Shown here: positions 1-8,610 of the stretch, one piece after another
How the letters are laid out: the number at the start of each line of letters is the position of its first letter
Position numbering within the stretch: position 1 is the stretch's first letter
Assembly (NCBI GenBank): GCA_963706285.1
Contig: CAVPLU010000007.1
Location: 1 to 28,058, forward strand
Reading direction: 5' to 3'
Source of the DNA: Candidatus Bathyarchaeota archaeon
GTDB taxonomy: Archaea > Thermoproteota > Bathyarchaeia > 40CM-2-53-6
DNA: 28,058 nucleotides
Program-made: the position numbers and the translations under genes
Notes under the pieces: model-generated
Database searches by the model: none
What the model saw: only the letters and a program-made list of their open reading frames with translations
Told to the model about the DNA's origin: nothing

Positions 1-328
1 TATTCTTGAACGCGATCGGCACTCCTCCTCCCAATATGCAGATCCGGCCACCACACAGCGTGTTGGCTCCGTAGTCCGGTTGTCCAGGCTGCGCAAGTTT
101 CGCCTCATCTGCTGTGCGACATCCCAGAATCGCGGATGTGTACGCTTTGTCTATTGCGACCTGTATACAACCCAGCACTGCGCCATCCATTCGCTCGAAA
201 GTGAGCAGGTTGCCCGCCTCATCTGTCACAGCAATATCCATCGGAACGCCGATTTCGAGGGCTTTCTTTCTGCATGCTTCCAGCGCGACATGAACGTCCT
301 GCAAGGTCAGTTTCGGAACCTGAATCAA
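1..328 (-). CDS. GlcG/HbpS (DUF336, PduO-C-like) heme-binding protein, 3' end runs off the window
   Basis: Not in the ORF track; translated by hand from TTG at 328 with GGTGAT SD 5 nt upstream: MIQVPKLTLQDVHVALEACRKKALEIGVPMDIAVTDEAGNLLTFERMDGAVLGCIQVAIDKAYTSA...GGRICILGGGVPIAFKN. Matches the family motifs IAVxDxxGxL..F.RMDGA, AxxKAYTS and GGGVPI. Confidence 0.9.
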   Translation of the reverse strand, partial: MIQVPKLTLQDVHVALEACRKKALEIGVPMDIAVTDEAGNLLTFERMDGAVLGCIQVAIDKAYTSAILGCRTADEAKLAQPGQPDYGANTLCGGRICILGGGVPIAFKN

Positions 329-416
329 GTCAGATCACCAAAGCCGAAAGAAAGCGGGACAGAGCTCAGCATTCTCCCCACTGCGTAACCGTCAACGAAC
401 GCTGGAGTATCACTGA

Positions 417-1181
417 ATGCGATTGAATGGCAAGGCAGTCATCGTGACCGGTTCAGCTAGAGGCATCGGAAGAGCCGTTGCCCTTTCCCTGGCGAAGGAA
501 GGCGCAAGCGTCGTCGTCGCTGATAAGGAACCCGGACACGAAACCGTGAGAATGATTCATGCTCTAAGGAAACCTGCGTTCTATGTTGCCGTTGACGTTA
601 GAGATGCTCGATCTGTTGAAGAACTCGTATCGCGAGCCATACAGGAATATGGTAAGATCTACGTACTGGTCAACAACGCCGGCGCTTTCATCCACGTCAC
701 GGTCGTCGACATGACTGAAGAGCAATGGAACCTGACATTTGATGTCAACACGAAAGGAATTTTTCTGTCCTGCCAAGCCGTGGCAAGGGAGATGATAACC
801 CGAAAGATTGCCGGGAATATAATCAACGTCTCATCCAGCGCTGCATTGACTGGCCACGTAGGATACTCAGCCTATTGCTCTTCCAAGCGAGCAGTCTTAG
901 CATTCTCCGAGTGCCTAGCGAAGGAGCTTGGACCGTTTGGAATAAACGTGAATGCGATATGCCCCGGAGACACAGAGACAGACATGCTAGAGGACGAGAT
1001 CAGAAATATTGCGATACAGAAAGCTATCCCCGAGGATCAGGCACGACAAGAGAAGCTGGCGAACATTCCCTTGGGCAGATTCGCCACGCCAGAAGATATT
1101 GCCAACATTGTCGTCTTTCTTGCGAGCGATGAGTCGAGACACGTATCCGGGGAATTCATCAAGATCACCGGTGGAAAATAG
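417..1181 (+). CDS. Classical short-chain dehydrogenase/reductase (NAD-dependent; polyol/acetoin dehydrogenase-like)
   Basis: TGSARGIG Rossmann motif, acidic residue at the end of beta-2 (VVAD), NNAG, catalytic YCSSK, NAICPG; GGAG upstream of the ATG. Confidence 0.93.
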   Translation: MRLNGKAVIVTGSARGIGRAVALSLAKEGASVVVADKEPGHETVRMIHALRKPAFYVAVDVRDARSVEELVSRAIQEYGKIYVLVNNAGAFIHVTVVDMTEEQWNLTFDVNTKGIFLSCQAVAREMITRKIAGNIINVSSSAALTGHVGYSAYCSSKRAVLAFSECLAKELGPFGINVNAICPGDTETDMLEDEIRNIAIQKAIPEDQARQEKLANIPLGRFATPEDIANIVVFLASDESRHVSGEFIKITGGK

Positions 1182-1273
1182 AATCTCCTGCTGCGCATTC
1201 AAGTAGCAGTCGATGAAAGCCGAGCCTAGTCAAGTGATAAGGGAGTATTCATGCGTCTGGAGAGCTGATCTTC

Positions 1274-1915
1274 GTGGCGGGAACAACGCTTGAGATGGTT
1301 TCATTCGATGTGGATGGCACGATTCTGCGCGGAAGAATCCTGAACTACCTGAAGATACCCAGGGAGTGTCACGACCAAATCGAAGCGTTACATGAATCCT
1401 ACCACAAAGGAAAACTCGGTTACGAAGGCACCCTCCGAGCACAGTTCTCACTCTTAGCTGGAATGAAGGCTTCAGAGATAGTGCCGAGATTGACCGACCT
1501 GCGTCTGATTGATGATCTGCGGGCAGTTCTTGAGAAATTGAGTCTTAAGGGAGTGAGAGCCGTCATTTTGACGGATAATCCATCTTTCGCTGTCGATCCA
1601 ATTAGAAGTCACGGGTTCAATGACGTGATTGCAAGCGAGATCGAAACGCAAGGTGGACTGCTGACAAACAGGATGCGCCTTCTGACAAACAAACTGTATG
1701 CTTTGCGAGAGTACTGTGTGGAGTATGGAATCGACATCACGCGCTGTGCCCACATTGGAGACGGATTTAACGACATTGTAGCTTTCAAGGCAGTGGGGCT
1801 CTCAATTGCGTTCAACTCGCATGAAGAGGAGGCTTTGAGGGCCGCGACCTATCGCGTGAACGGCAACTCAATGCTTGACGTCTATCGCGTCTTGGAAACG
1901 AATCTCGACAAGTAA
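1274..1915 (+). CDS. HAD-superfamily phosphatase, SerB/HAD-IB-like
   Basis: Motif I FDVDGT, motif II LTD, conserved Lys (TNK), motif IV GDGFND, and IAFN. Substrate cannot be determined. Confidence 0.88.
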   Translation: MAGTTLEMVSFDVDGTILRGRILNYLKIPRECHDQIEALHESYHKGKLGYEGTLRAQFSLLAGMKASEIVPRLTDLRLIDDLRAVLEKLSLKGVRAVILTDNPSFAVDPIRSHGFNDVIASEIETQGGLLTNRMRLLTNKLYALREYCVEYGIDITRCAHIGDGFNDIVAFKAVGLSIAFNSHEEEALRAATYRVNGNSMLDVYRVLETNLDK

Positions 1916-1959
1916 CCCGATAATTCCGGTAGTCAGTGAATCTGCAGAGCAACACACGC

Positions 1960-1965
1960 TTATAT
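1960..1965 (+). promoter_or_regulatory. Candidate archaeal TATA box (TTATAT) for the PLP-enzyme gene
   Basis: TTATAT about 33 nt upstream of ATG 1998, in the intergenic gap. Confidence 0.45.
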
Positions 1966-1997
1966 CAGATACGGGCGTTTCGCTGTACGATGTGACC

Positions 1998-3173
1998 ATG
2001 ACTCAAGAAAGCGAGCTTGTTAGGAAAGCAGCTGAACTGAGAAAGTCGATGCCGATCTCTGACGGTGGCCACATAATAACCGGTGCACAGAGCATCTTTG
2101 AAGCGCCTAGGGCTGGCGTTGCGCGGTTCGACCTCAACGAGAACCTGTTCGGCGCGTCTCCGAAGACCATCGAAGCAATCAAGAACTTCACAGAAGAGGT
2201 GGGCGTTCAATGGTACAACGCTTGGATGAGAAAGGAATGCGAAATAGCTATCGCGAAATACTCAGGCGTGAGGCCAAGCCAAGTCTTCGTGGGCAATGGA
2301 TCGGCTGAGACGATGGTGCTAATCGCTCAGATCTTCCTCAAAGCCGGCGACGAGCTAGTGACAATGTATCCAACCTACAGAGTCCTTCCCAACTACGCTA
2401 AGGTCTATGGAGTCAATCTGGTAGAAGTCCTGCACGAGAGCAACTTCAGCGGAGACACAATGCCAAGAAGATTGGGAGAGAAGATCAGCGCGAGAACAAG
2501 AATGATCTACCTCTGCAATCCGTCCACATTTTCCGCTAAAGTCCATAAGACGGAAATCGTCAAGCTGCTGGAGAATACTCGCAAGCCGCCTCATCCTCTC
2601 GTGATTGTCGATGAGGCATACTACGATTGTGCCACCTACCCATTCACCAACGAGACAATGGCTGACAAGGTGAAGGACTACGATAACCTGATCGTGGTCA
2701 GGACTTTCTCGAAAGGATTCGCGCTGGCGGGATTGAGGATCGGGTACGCACTCTGTTCTGAACGTATCGTTGAGCAGATGAACAAGATGTTCTCACCTCT
2801 CGGAGTCGGCTCTCTCGCGTACGTAGGAGCCATGGCAGCTCTAGAAGATCTTGGTTACTATGAAGACGTCAGAAAGAAGCTTGAGGAGAACAAGAAGTAT
2901 CTAACTGAAGAACTGAGGAAGCTGGGCCTTGAAGTCTATCCATCATACGCGAACTTCATGCTCGCTAGGTTCCGGCCGGGAATCTTGAACGATTCAGGAG
3001 GCACGAAAGGCGTCTGGACCAGACTCGTGGAGAAAGGAATCTACCTGAGAAACAAGAGCGTAATGTATTCCGGAACTGACATTTGCCATGATATGATTCG
3101 CATCACGATTGGCAAGAGAGAAGACTGCGAGAGATTCATCAAAGAACTGAGAGCAATAATGGCAACGCTGTGA
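1998..3173 (+). CDS. Fold-type I PLP enzyme, histidinol-phosphate aminotransferase (HisC)/CobD family, atypical
   Basis: NEN, GNGS, DEAY, RTFSKGFALAGLRIGY (PLP lysine), ANF and RITIG motifs. Start moved to ATG 1998 because the track start (1875) overlaps the HAD gene. The usual NPNNPTG motif is replaced by NPSTFSA. Confidence 0.88.
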   Translation: MTQESELVRKAAELRKSMPISDGGHIITGAQSIFEAPRAGVARFDLNENLFGASPKTIEAIKNFTEEVGVQWYNAWMRKECEIAIAKYSGVRPSQVFVGNGSAETMVLIAQIFLKAGDELVTMYPTYRVLPNYAKVYGVNLVEVLHESNFSGDTMPRRLGEKISARTRMIYLCNPSTFSAKVHKTEIVKLLENTRKPPHPLVIVDEAYYDCATYPFTNETMADKVKDYDNLIVVRTFSKGFALAGLRIGYALCSERIVEQMNKMFSPLGVGSLAYVGAMAALEDLGYYEDVRKKLEENKKYLTEELRKLGLEVYPSYANFMLARFRPGILNDSGGTKGVWTRLVEKGIYLRNKSVMYSGTDICHDMIRITIGKREDCERFIKELRAIMATL

Positions 3174-3309
3174 GGATCCTGGCGATTGCTTCTCGCGAAG
3201 ATCTGAGGGCTGTTTGCCCTCGTAGTACAGGTAGGGTCCCCGCGGATGTTCGGCAGCCCCATGCGTGCGTAGTGCAACAGTGGCGCGAGATCGTTCCGGT
3301 GCTTGTTGT

Positions 3310-3348
3310 ATTGGTTCGGTTTTTGACCAATTACCAAGCCGTTAAATA
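3310..3348 (+). promoter_or_regulatory. Inverted repeat ATTGGT-N10-ACCAAT (candidate operator) followed by TATA-like TTAAATA upstream of the ECF operon
   Basis: ATTGGT 3310-3315 / ACCAAT 3326-3331, an extra ACCAA half-site at 3333-3337, and TTAAATA 3342-3348 about 35 nt before ATG 3383. Confidence 0.5.
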
Positions 3349-3382
3349 CGAAACCGGGGGCAATTCTGCTCGAGGATTTCAC

Positions 3383-4198
3383 ATGCAATCCGAAACGAAA
3401 ACGAGGAAAGGAATCGTCGGATACAAGACAATGCTGCTCGTCGCTGTTGCGGGGCTCATCGTTTCGATCGCCGCTTGGATCTACACGAATCCGCTGTCTC
3501 CAGACTCGATGCTAGGCATGCCAGGATGGCCGCCATCGCTAGGCAGACATGCCTTGTTCTACGTGTGGGCATTCACTTTCTTCCTGCCCGTAATGTATGC
3601 AATGTATCTGTACTTCAACCAGCACAATGCTTGGCTGTGCCCAAGAGCTGAGATCTACGACTCTAAGAAGACCTACAAGGTTTGGACTACCCGAAGAGTT
3701 GTGGAGGCAGCTGTTGCTTCAGGTTTCTATCTAGCTGCGTCAATGATCAAGCTACCAATGTTTCAGCAACTTGATCTCATGTTCTTAGCAGGAGGTTTCA
3801 CCGCAGTGTTCTGGGGCGGTCCAGTGACATTCGTGATGTCGTTTGTTGGCGGAGTCCTCCGCAGCGTTGTGGGCGGATTCGCCAATGCCTACGACCTAGT
3901 TGGAAACACTATAGTGGACGGATTCTACTGGATGATACTAGCTGTATTCTGGCGCAAATTCGTTGAAGACGCGAAGCCTGCAAGGCATGTACTGGCAATC
4001 ATCGCTGCCATCATAATGGTTCAGGTACTCTTCTTCGTTAACTGGTTCGTGATCGTCAGCGCAATTTCTTGGACATGGGAAACATACGTGCCATTCGTTG
4101 TGGTCGGCGCTCCCCTGTACGCAATAGTGATTTTGATTGGTCTACCACTAGGGATCATTGCCGGAGACGCAGCTATTAGAGCAACCAAGAGACGATAG
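3383..4198 (+). CDS. Probable ECF transporter substrate-specific (S) component with N-terminal membrane extension
   Basis: Very hydrophobic, about 8 predicted TM segments. WTTRRVVEAAVAS resembles S-component helix 1, and FWGGP the typical GP turn. Lies directly upstream of the ecfA and ecfT homologs. Start moved to ATG 3383 (GAGGA upstream). Confidence 0.75.
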   Translation: MQSETKTRKGIVGYKTMLLVAVAGLIVSIAAWIYTNPLSPDSMLGMPGWPPSLGRHALFYVWAFTFFLPVMYAMYLYFNQHNAWLCPRAEIYDSKKTYKVWTTRRVVEAAVASGFYLAASMIKLPMFQQLDLMFLAGGFTAVFWGGPVTFVMSFVGGVLRSVVGGFANAYDLVGNTIVDGFYWMILAVFWRKFVEDAKPARHVLAIIAAIIMVQVLFFVNWFVIVSAISWTWETYVPFVVVGAPLYAIVILIGLPLGIIAGDAAIRATKRR

Positions 4199-4199
4199 A

Positions 4200-4244
4200 G
4201 GACTGCTAGGTCGCGACAGTCCCCCAATTTTTTTTCGTATTTTT
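4200..4244 (+). terminator. Hairpin plus T-tract terminator/attenuator between the S-component and ATPase genes
   Basis: GGACTG (4200-4205) / CAGTCC (4217-4222) stem, followed by T8 (4228-4235) and a further T5. Confidence 0.5.
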
Positions 4245-4303
4245 CTTCTGTCAGAGTGAATGGCAATTTTCGTGAAACACGTGGACTTGGAGTCGGATGG
4301 TTA

Positions 4304-6033
4304 TTGAGCGAAGTATTGTCGGTAGACATTGACAGGATACTCTATCGCAGATATGCCGGAGATGTTCAGGCTGTGAAGAATGTACACTTCACAGTAAAGA
4401 AAGGAGAGTATGTGGTGATCACAGGTGCAGTCGGTTCTGGCAAGAGCTCTCTTCTGTATAGTCTGAACGGGACGATACCAAAACTCATCCCCAACTCAGT
4501 CCTGGAAGGAGATGTTAGCGTTATGGGGCGCAGCATCAAAGACATTGAAGTGGCAGATGTTTCTCGCAGCATCGGTCTCGTCCTTGAGGATCCGGACACT
4601 CAAATCACACAGATGACCGTTGAAGATGACTTGGCGTTTGGACCATCGAATATGGGCTTGCCTCCAGAGAAGCTTAGGGAGAGGGTCGAATTCGCCGTGA
4701 AAAACGTGAGACTGGAGGGACTGGAGAAGAGAAACCCGAGGAGCATGTCGGGCGGTCAGAAACAAGCGGTTGCAATTGGTGGTGTGCTAAGTTTCATGCC
4801 CGATATAGTCGCCTTGGATGAGCCCATTTCGATGCTGGACCCGATCGGCAAGATAGATGTTCTGTCTCGCCTCAGGAATCTTAACAAGCAGAGCGGAATG
4901 ACCGTGATTGTGACGGATTCCGGGATGGAAGTCGAATCGTATGCCGACTACGCTGACAGGGTCATGGTCATGAGCCAAGGCACAATCCTCAAGGCCGGAA
5001 CACCCCACGAGATCTTGACCGATACTGAAGTAATGAAAAAGAGCAGTTTGAGGCTGCCGCAAGTTACGGAACTATGCATGAAGATGGGAGCGCGAGGACC
5101 TACTACCCCGGTCACTCTGGCGGAAGCAGAGAAATACGTCACCGACCGAATGCGAGGAAAGAGGTCGCCCAACAGGTTGGTGAAATCGGAAACCACATCG
5201 CAGGGCGAACCTGTGGTCGTAGTTAAGAATCTGAAGCACACATATCCAGGCTTGGAGAAAGGAATTGAAGCTCTGAGAGGAGTGTCCTTCACGATTAACA
5301 AGGGAGAATTCGTTGCTTTAATTGGACAGAACGGATCTGGGAAATCAACGCTGGCGCTACATCTAGTCGGCATACTCAAGCCCACGAACAAGGACGCAAT
5401 CGTTGAGGTCGCAGGGTTGAATGCTGCAAAAGTCCGATCAAAGGAATTGATCAAGCGCATCAATTATGTCTACCAGAACCCTGATGACCAAATCTTCTGC
5501 GAGAAAGTGCAGGAGGAGATTGCTTTTGGGCTTCAGGCTCAGGACCTTCCGAGCGAAGAAATCAAGAGAAGAACAACTGCGGTCATGAACATCTTCGGAC
5601 TTGAGCCTCTGAAGGACGAGTACATCGTGCACCTTGATCGAGGTCGTAGAACTTACGTCTCAATATCCGCGATAATGGCATTGGAACCCGACATACTCAT
5701 AATTGACGAACCAACCACAGGCCTGGATGAGCAAGACAGTTTGGTAGTCATGGTGAATTGGAGAGATCTGACACGAGGAGGAAGGACTGTTATCGCAATT
5801 ACTCATAACATGAATCTTGCGGCTGCCTATGCGAATCACGTAATCGTGATGCACGAAGGTGTTGTTCTTCTTGACGGCACCCCGCGAGAAGTGTTCGCTC
5901 AGTCCGAAACCCTGGCCAGAAGCTACATCGCACCACCCCAGATAACCCAGTTGGGCCAGAGGCTGAAGCAGTTGGGTTTCCGCCTGATGTCTTGAGCGTC
6001 GACGAAATGGCCGGACTAATGGGGAGAGCGTGA
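4304..6033 (+). CDS. ecfA: ECF transporter fused dual ATPase (EcfA-EcfA'); -1 frameshift near the 3' end
   Basis: Two NBDs: GAVGSGKS/MSGGQKQ/LDEP and GQNGSGKS/YQNPDDQ/IDEPTTGLD. As written the ORF stops at 5995. A -1 shift at 5974-5980 gives LGFPPDVLSVDEMAGLMGRA* ending at 6033, which mirrors the PQVT...PVTLAEA tail of NBD1. Start at TTG 4304 is inferred. Confidence 0.9.
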
Positions 6034-6040
6034 AAGAGCC

Positions 6041-6886
6041 ATGGGAATACTCGATCAGCCAATGCTGGAATACGTCTACAAGGATACTCTGATGCACAAG
6101 ATGCATCCAATTCCGAAGGCGTTCATGCTCGTAGTGATCACCCTGCTGGCGCAATTCTATTTCGATCCAGTCTTCATTCTGCCAATCTTGATCTTCGTCG
6201 TCATTCTCGCTAAGCCAGTGTCCAAGATACCTAATACATGGTTGCTTCCAATGTACGTTTTTGGGACGATGTCCATTCTTGAAAGAAGTTACAACGCCCT
6301 TTTCATTTCCTCAGGGGGGTACTACAGAGTATATTCGAGTCAATTGATGACTACGACCTTGATCTACCTGGCCAACATCCCTGTTCTTGGCGTGGCAAAA
6401 GTCACTTGGGGGGGGCTTTTCTGGCTTCTCTCAATGGTTCTCAAATTCTTTGTCGGGCTCTTCGCTGTCGCCATCTTCTTGTACACTACAGACCCAAGCG
6501 ACTTGATGCAGTACCTTGCCAGTAAGAAAGTCTCGAAGAACGTTCTGTTCATCGTCTTTGCAGGATTCAACTTCTTCCCCATCCTTCTAAGGTACGCAAG
6601 AACAATCATGAATGCACAACAACTGCGCGGAGTCGGATTATCGAAGAACCCCGTCAAAGCAGTCAACACTTTGGCCCAAGTGTTCCACCCGCTCGTCATA
6701 CGGGTGACAGTATTGGCGGATATCCTCACCTTGTCCGCAAGCATTCGAGGATTTGGGTCAGGGCAATACTCCTACCTTCGGGAGATCAAGCTGAGCAATA
6801 TTGACAAGCTGATCACTGTTTTCTCTATCGCGTTCTTCGTCATCATGGTTGCTGGTCTTGCGCTTCTGAACTGGGGAGCTCTATAG
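6041..6886 (+). CDS. ecfT: ECF transporter transmembrane (T) component
   Basis: MHKMHPIPK N-terminus, YTTDPSDL, the two coupling motifs AQQLRG and SIRGF, and multiple TM helices. Confidence 0.9.
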   Translation: MGILDQPMLEYVYKDTLMHKMHPIPKAFMLVVITLLAQFYFDPVFILPILIFVVILAKPVSKIPNTWLLPMYVFGTMSILERSYNALFISSGGYYRVYSSQLMTTTLIYLANIPVLGVAKVTWGGLFWLLSMVLKFFVGLFAVAIFLYTTDPSDLMQYLASKKVSKNVLFIVFAGFNFFPILLRYARTIMNAQQLRGVGLSKNPVKAVNTLAQVFHPLVIRVTVLADILTLSASIRGFGSGQYSYLREIKLSNIDKLITVFSIAFFVIMVAGLALLNWGAL

Positions 6887-6912
6887 AACAAGCTCTGCTA
6901 TTCAGGGGATAA

Positions 6913-8442
6913 TTGACCTCGAAAGGTCGCAGCGAGACCTCCCCGAACGCTTGTGTCGTAGGCGTGGACATCGGCGCCAGCGGCTGCAAAGCAATCGTCT
7001 TCGGTAGCGATGGAAATGGAAATACACGAGGAAGCGCGCAACGAGAATACTCTAGGAACACACCGAACCCAGGCTGGGTCGAGCTCGACGCAGAACAATG
7101 GTGGCTGACAGTAGCAGACACAATAAGGCTAGCAGTCAAAACATCAAACATCACTCCGGAGCAGATCAAAAGTCTTGGCGTGTCGACAGAGACTGACGGC
7201 GTGGTACCCATCGGTGATTATGGGAAGCCTCTTAGGCCGTACATTCACTGGTCGGACGCACGATGCTATCCCCAGTATGATTGGATACTGAAAAACACGG
7301 ACATAGAGAAGATCTACCGAATCACCGGAATTCCTCTTCACAAGAGCTGGTGGTCTCCGCCAGGGCTCAAAATGCTCTGGATCAAAGAGAACGAACCGAA
7401 CGTCTATGCTAAGACCAAGAAATTCGTCCAAATAGGCAACTACGTGAGCTACAAGCTTACCGGCGAATACGTGAATGACTATTCGGTAGCCGCTCGCACG
7501 ATGCTCTTTGACATACAGAAGCTGGACTGGTCGGACGACATGGCGGAACTTCTTGACATTCCCCTATCCACCCAACCAACGATTCGCAAGTCGGCCGAGA
7601 TTATCGGCGCGGTGACAGAGGACGCATCTGAACTAACGGGGCTCGCACCTGGTACGAAGGTTGTCGCTGGGGGAGGAGACACGGAATGCAGCGGGTTAAG
7701 CGCAGGCCTTACGTCCGAAGGTAAGGCGCTGGCCTCTGTCGGCACATCTCTTATGGTGCTAGTCGCTAGTGCGAAGCCACCTTTCCTTTCAGACAGGAAA
7801 GCAAGGCAGCTCTCAGGAACGGGCGTGTTCAGCTCATGCCACGTAGTAGATGGATTGTGGTTGATTGAAGCTGGATCGATGGCAGGCGCAAGACTAACGT
7901 GGTTCAAGAATGAATTTGGCCATATCGAGGATCAAAGCGCAAGCAGCCTCGGAATAAGCGTCTATGATCTCCTTAGCGCAGAAGCCAAGAGTTCAGTGCC
8001 TAGTCTCAACTCGCCCGTTTTCGTGATATCGCATGACGCAATATTCAATCTAACCACTGAACACAAGAGAGGAGACGTAATTCGAAGCATCTTTGAAGGA
8101 GTTGCGTTCGAAGCGCAACAGATCATTGAAGCGTCAGAGACAACTGGAACTCAAGTCAAGAGTATAATCATGGTCGGGGGAGGCAGCAAATCAGATGTCT
8201 GGAGACAGATAATGGCCGATGTGACGAACAGGCCAGTCAGCTCTCCGGATCAGTCAGAGACAGCTGCCTTCGGCGCCGGTATATTGGCCGGGCTCGGAGC
8301 TCATGTGTTTGAGGATGTCGGAGGAGCAACTCAGACCGATGCATATTCAGATAACAAGCCGCATCCAAGCGCTCACGAAATCTACGAGACTCTCTACCGA
8401 AAATTCAAGGCGCTGTATGAATCCTCGCGAATCAGCCAGTGA
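6913..8442 (+). CDS. FGGY-family carbohydrate kinase (xylulokinase-like, atypical), copy 1
   Basis: GVDIGASGCK phosphate-1 motif, PGWVE, WSDARC, GGGD, SVGTS, EGVAF, GGGSKS, WRQIMADV. Confidence 0.92.
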   Translation: MTSKGRSETSPNACVVGVDIGASGCKAIVFGSDGNGNTRGSAQREYSRNTPNPGWVELDAEQWWLTVADTIRLAVKTSNITPEQIKSLGVSTETDGVVPIGDYGKPLRPYIHWSDARCYPQYDWILKNTDIEKIYRITGIPLHKSWWSPPGLKMLWIKENEPNVYAKTKKFVQIGNYVSYKLTGEYVNDYSVAARTMLFDIQKLDWSDDMAELLDIPLSTQPTIRKSAEIIGAVTEDASELTGLAPGTKVVAGGGDTECSGLSAGLTSEGKALASVGTSLMVLVASAKPPFLSDRKARQLSGTGVFSSCHVVDGLWLIEAGSMAGARLTWFKNEFGHIEDQSASSLGISVYDLLSAEAKSSVPSLNSPVFVISHDAIFNLTTEHKRGDVIRSIFEGVAFEAQQIIEASETTGTQVKSIIMVGGGSKSDVWRQIMADVTNRPVSSPDQSETAAFGAGILAGLGAHVFEDVGGATQTDAYSDNKPHPSAHEIYETLYRKFKALYESSRISQ

Positions 8443-8610
8443 CTTAGCGAACCAAACCCAAATCGAATGAGGCTCTGCTCACCCGCGTTAGTCTGCAGAT
8501 TCGTCTTGCGCACTTCGGGGAGACCATGGTCTGCTAGAGGAGACCATCATCTAGATTCCGTTAATGAGGCTGCTTTTTCAGTGTATGTGTCAGTTGTCAA
8601 GGAAAGAGCA

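Noticed and set aside
80-388. 102-aa plus-strand ORF in the track
   Set aside because: Antisense shadow of the clear GlcG/HbpS gene on the minus strand.
3174-3309. Possible riboswitch upstream of the ECF S component (includes a GAGGGC/GCCCTC hairpin)
   Set aside because: No recognisable TPP, cobalamin, FMN or SAM consensus. The region lies upstream of the candidate TATA box, so it is probably not in the leader. An Infernal/Rfam scan would settle it.
3170-3382. 71-aa N-terminal extension of the S-component ORF
   Set aside because: Non-protein-like composition, and it spans the putative promoter; ATG 3383 is preferred.
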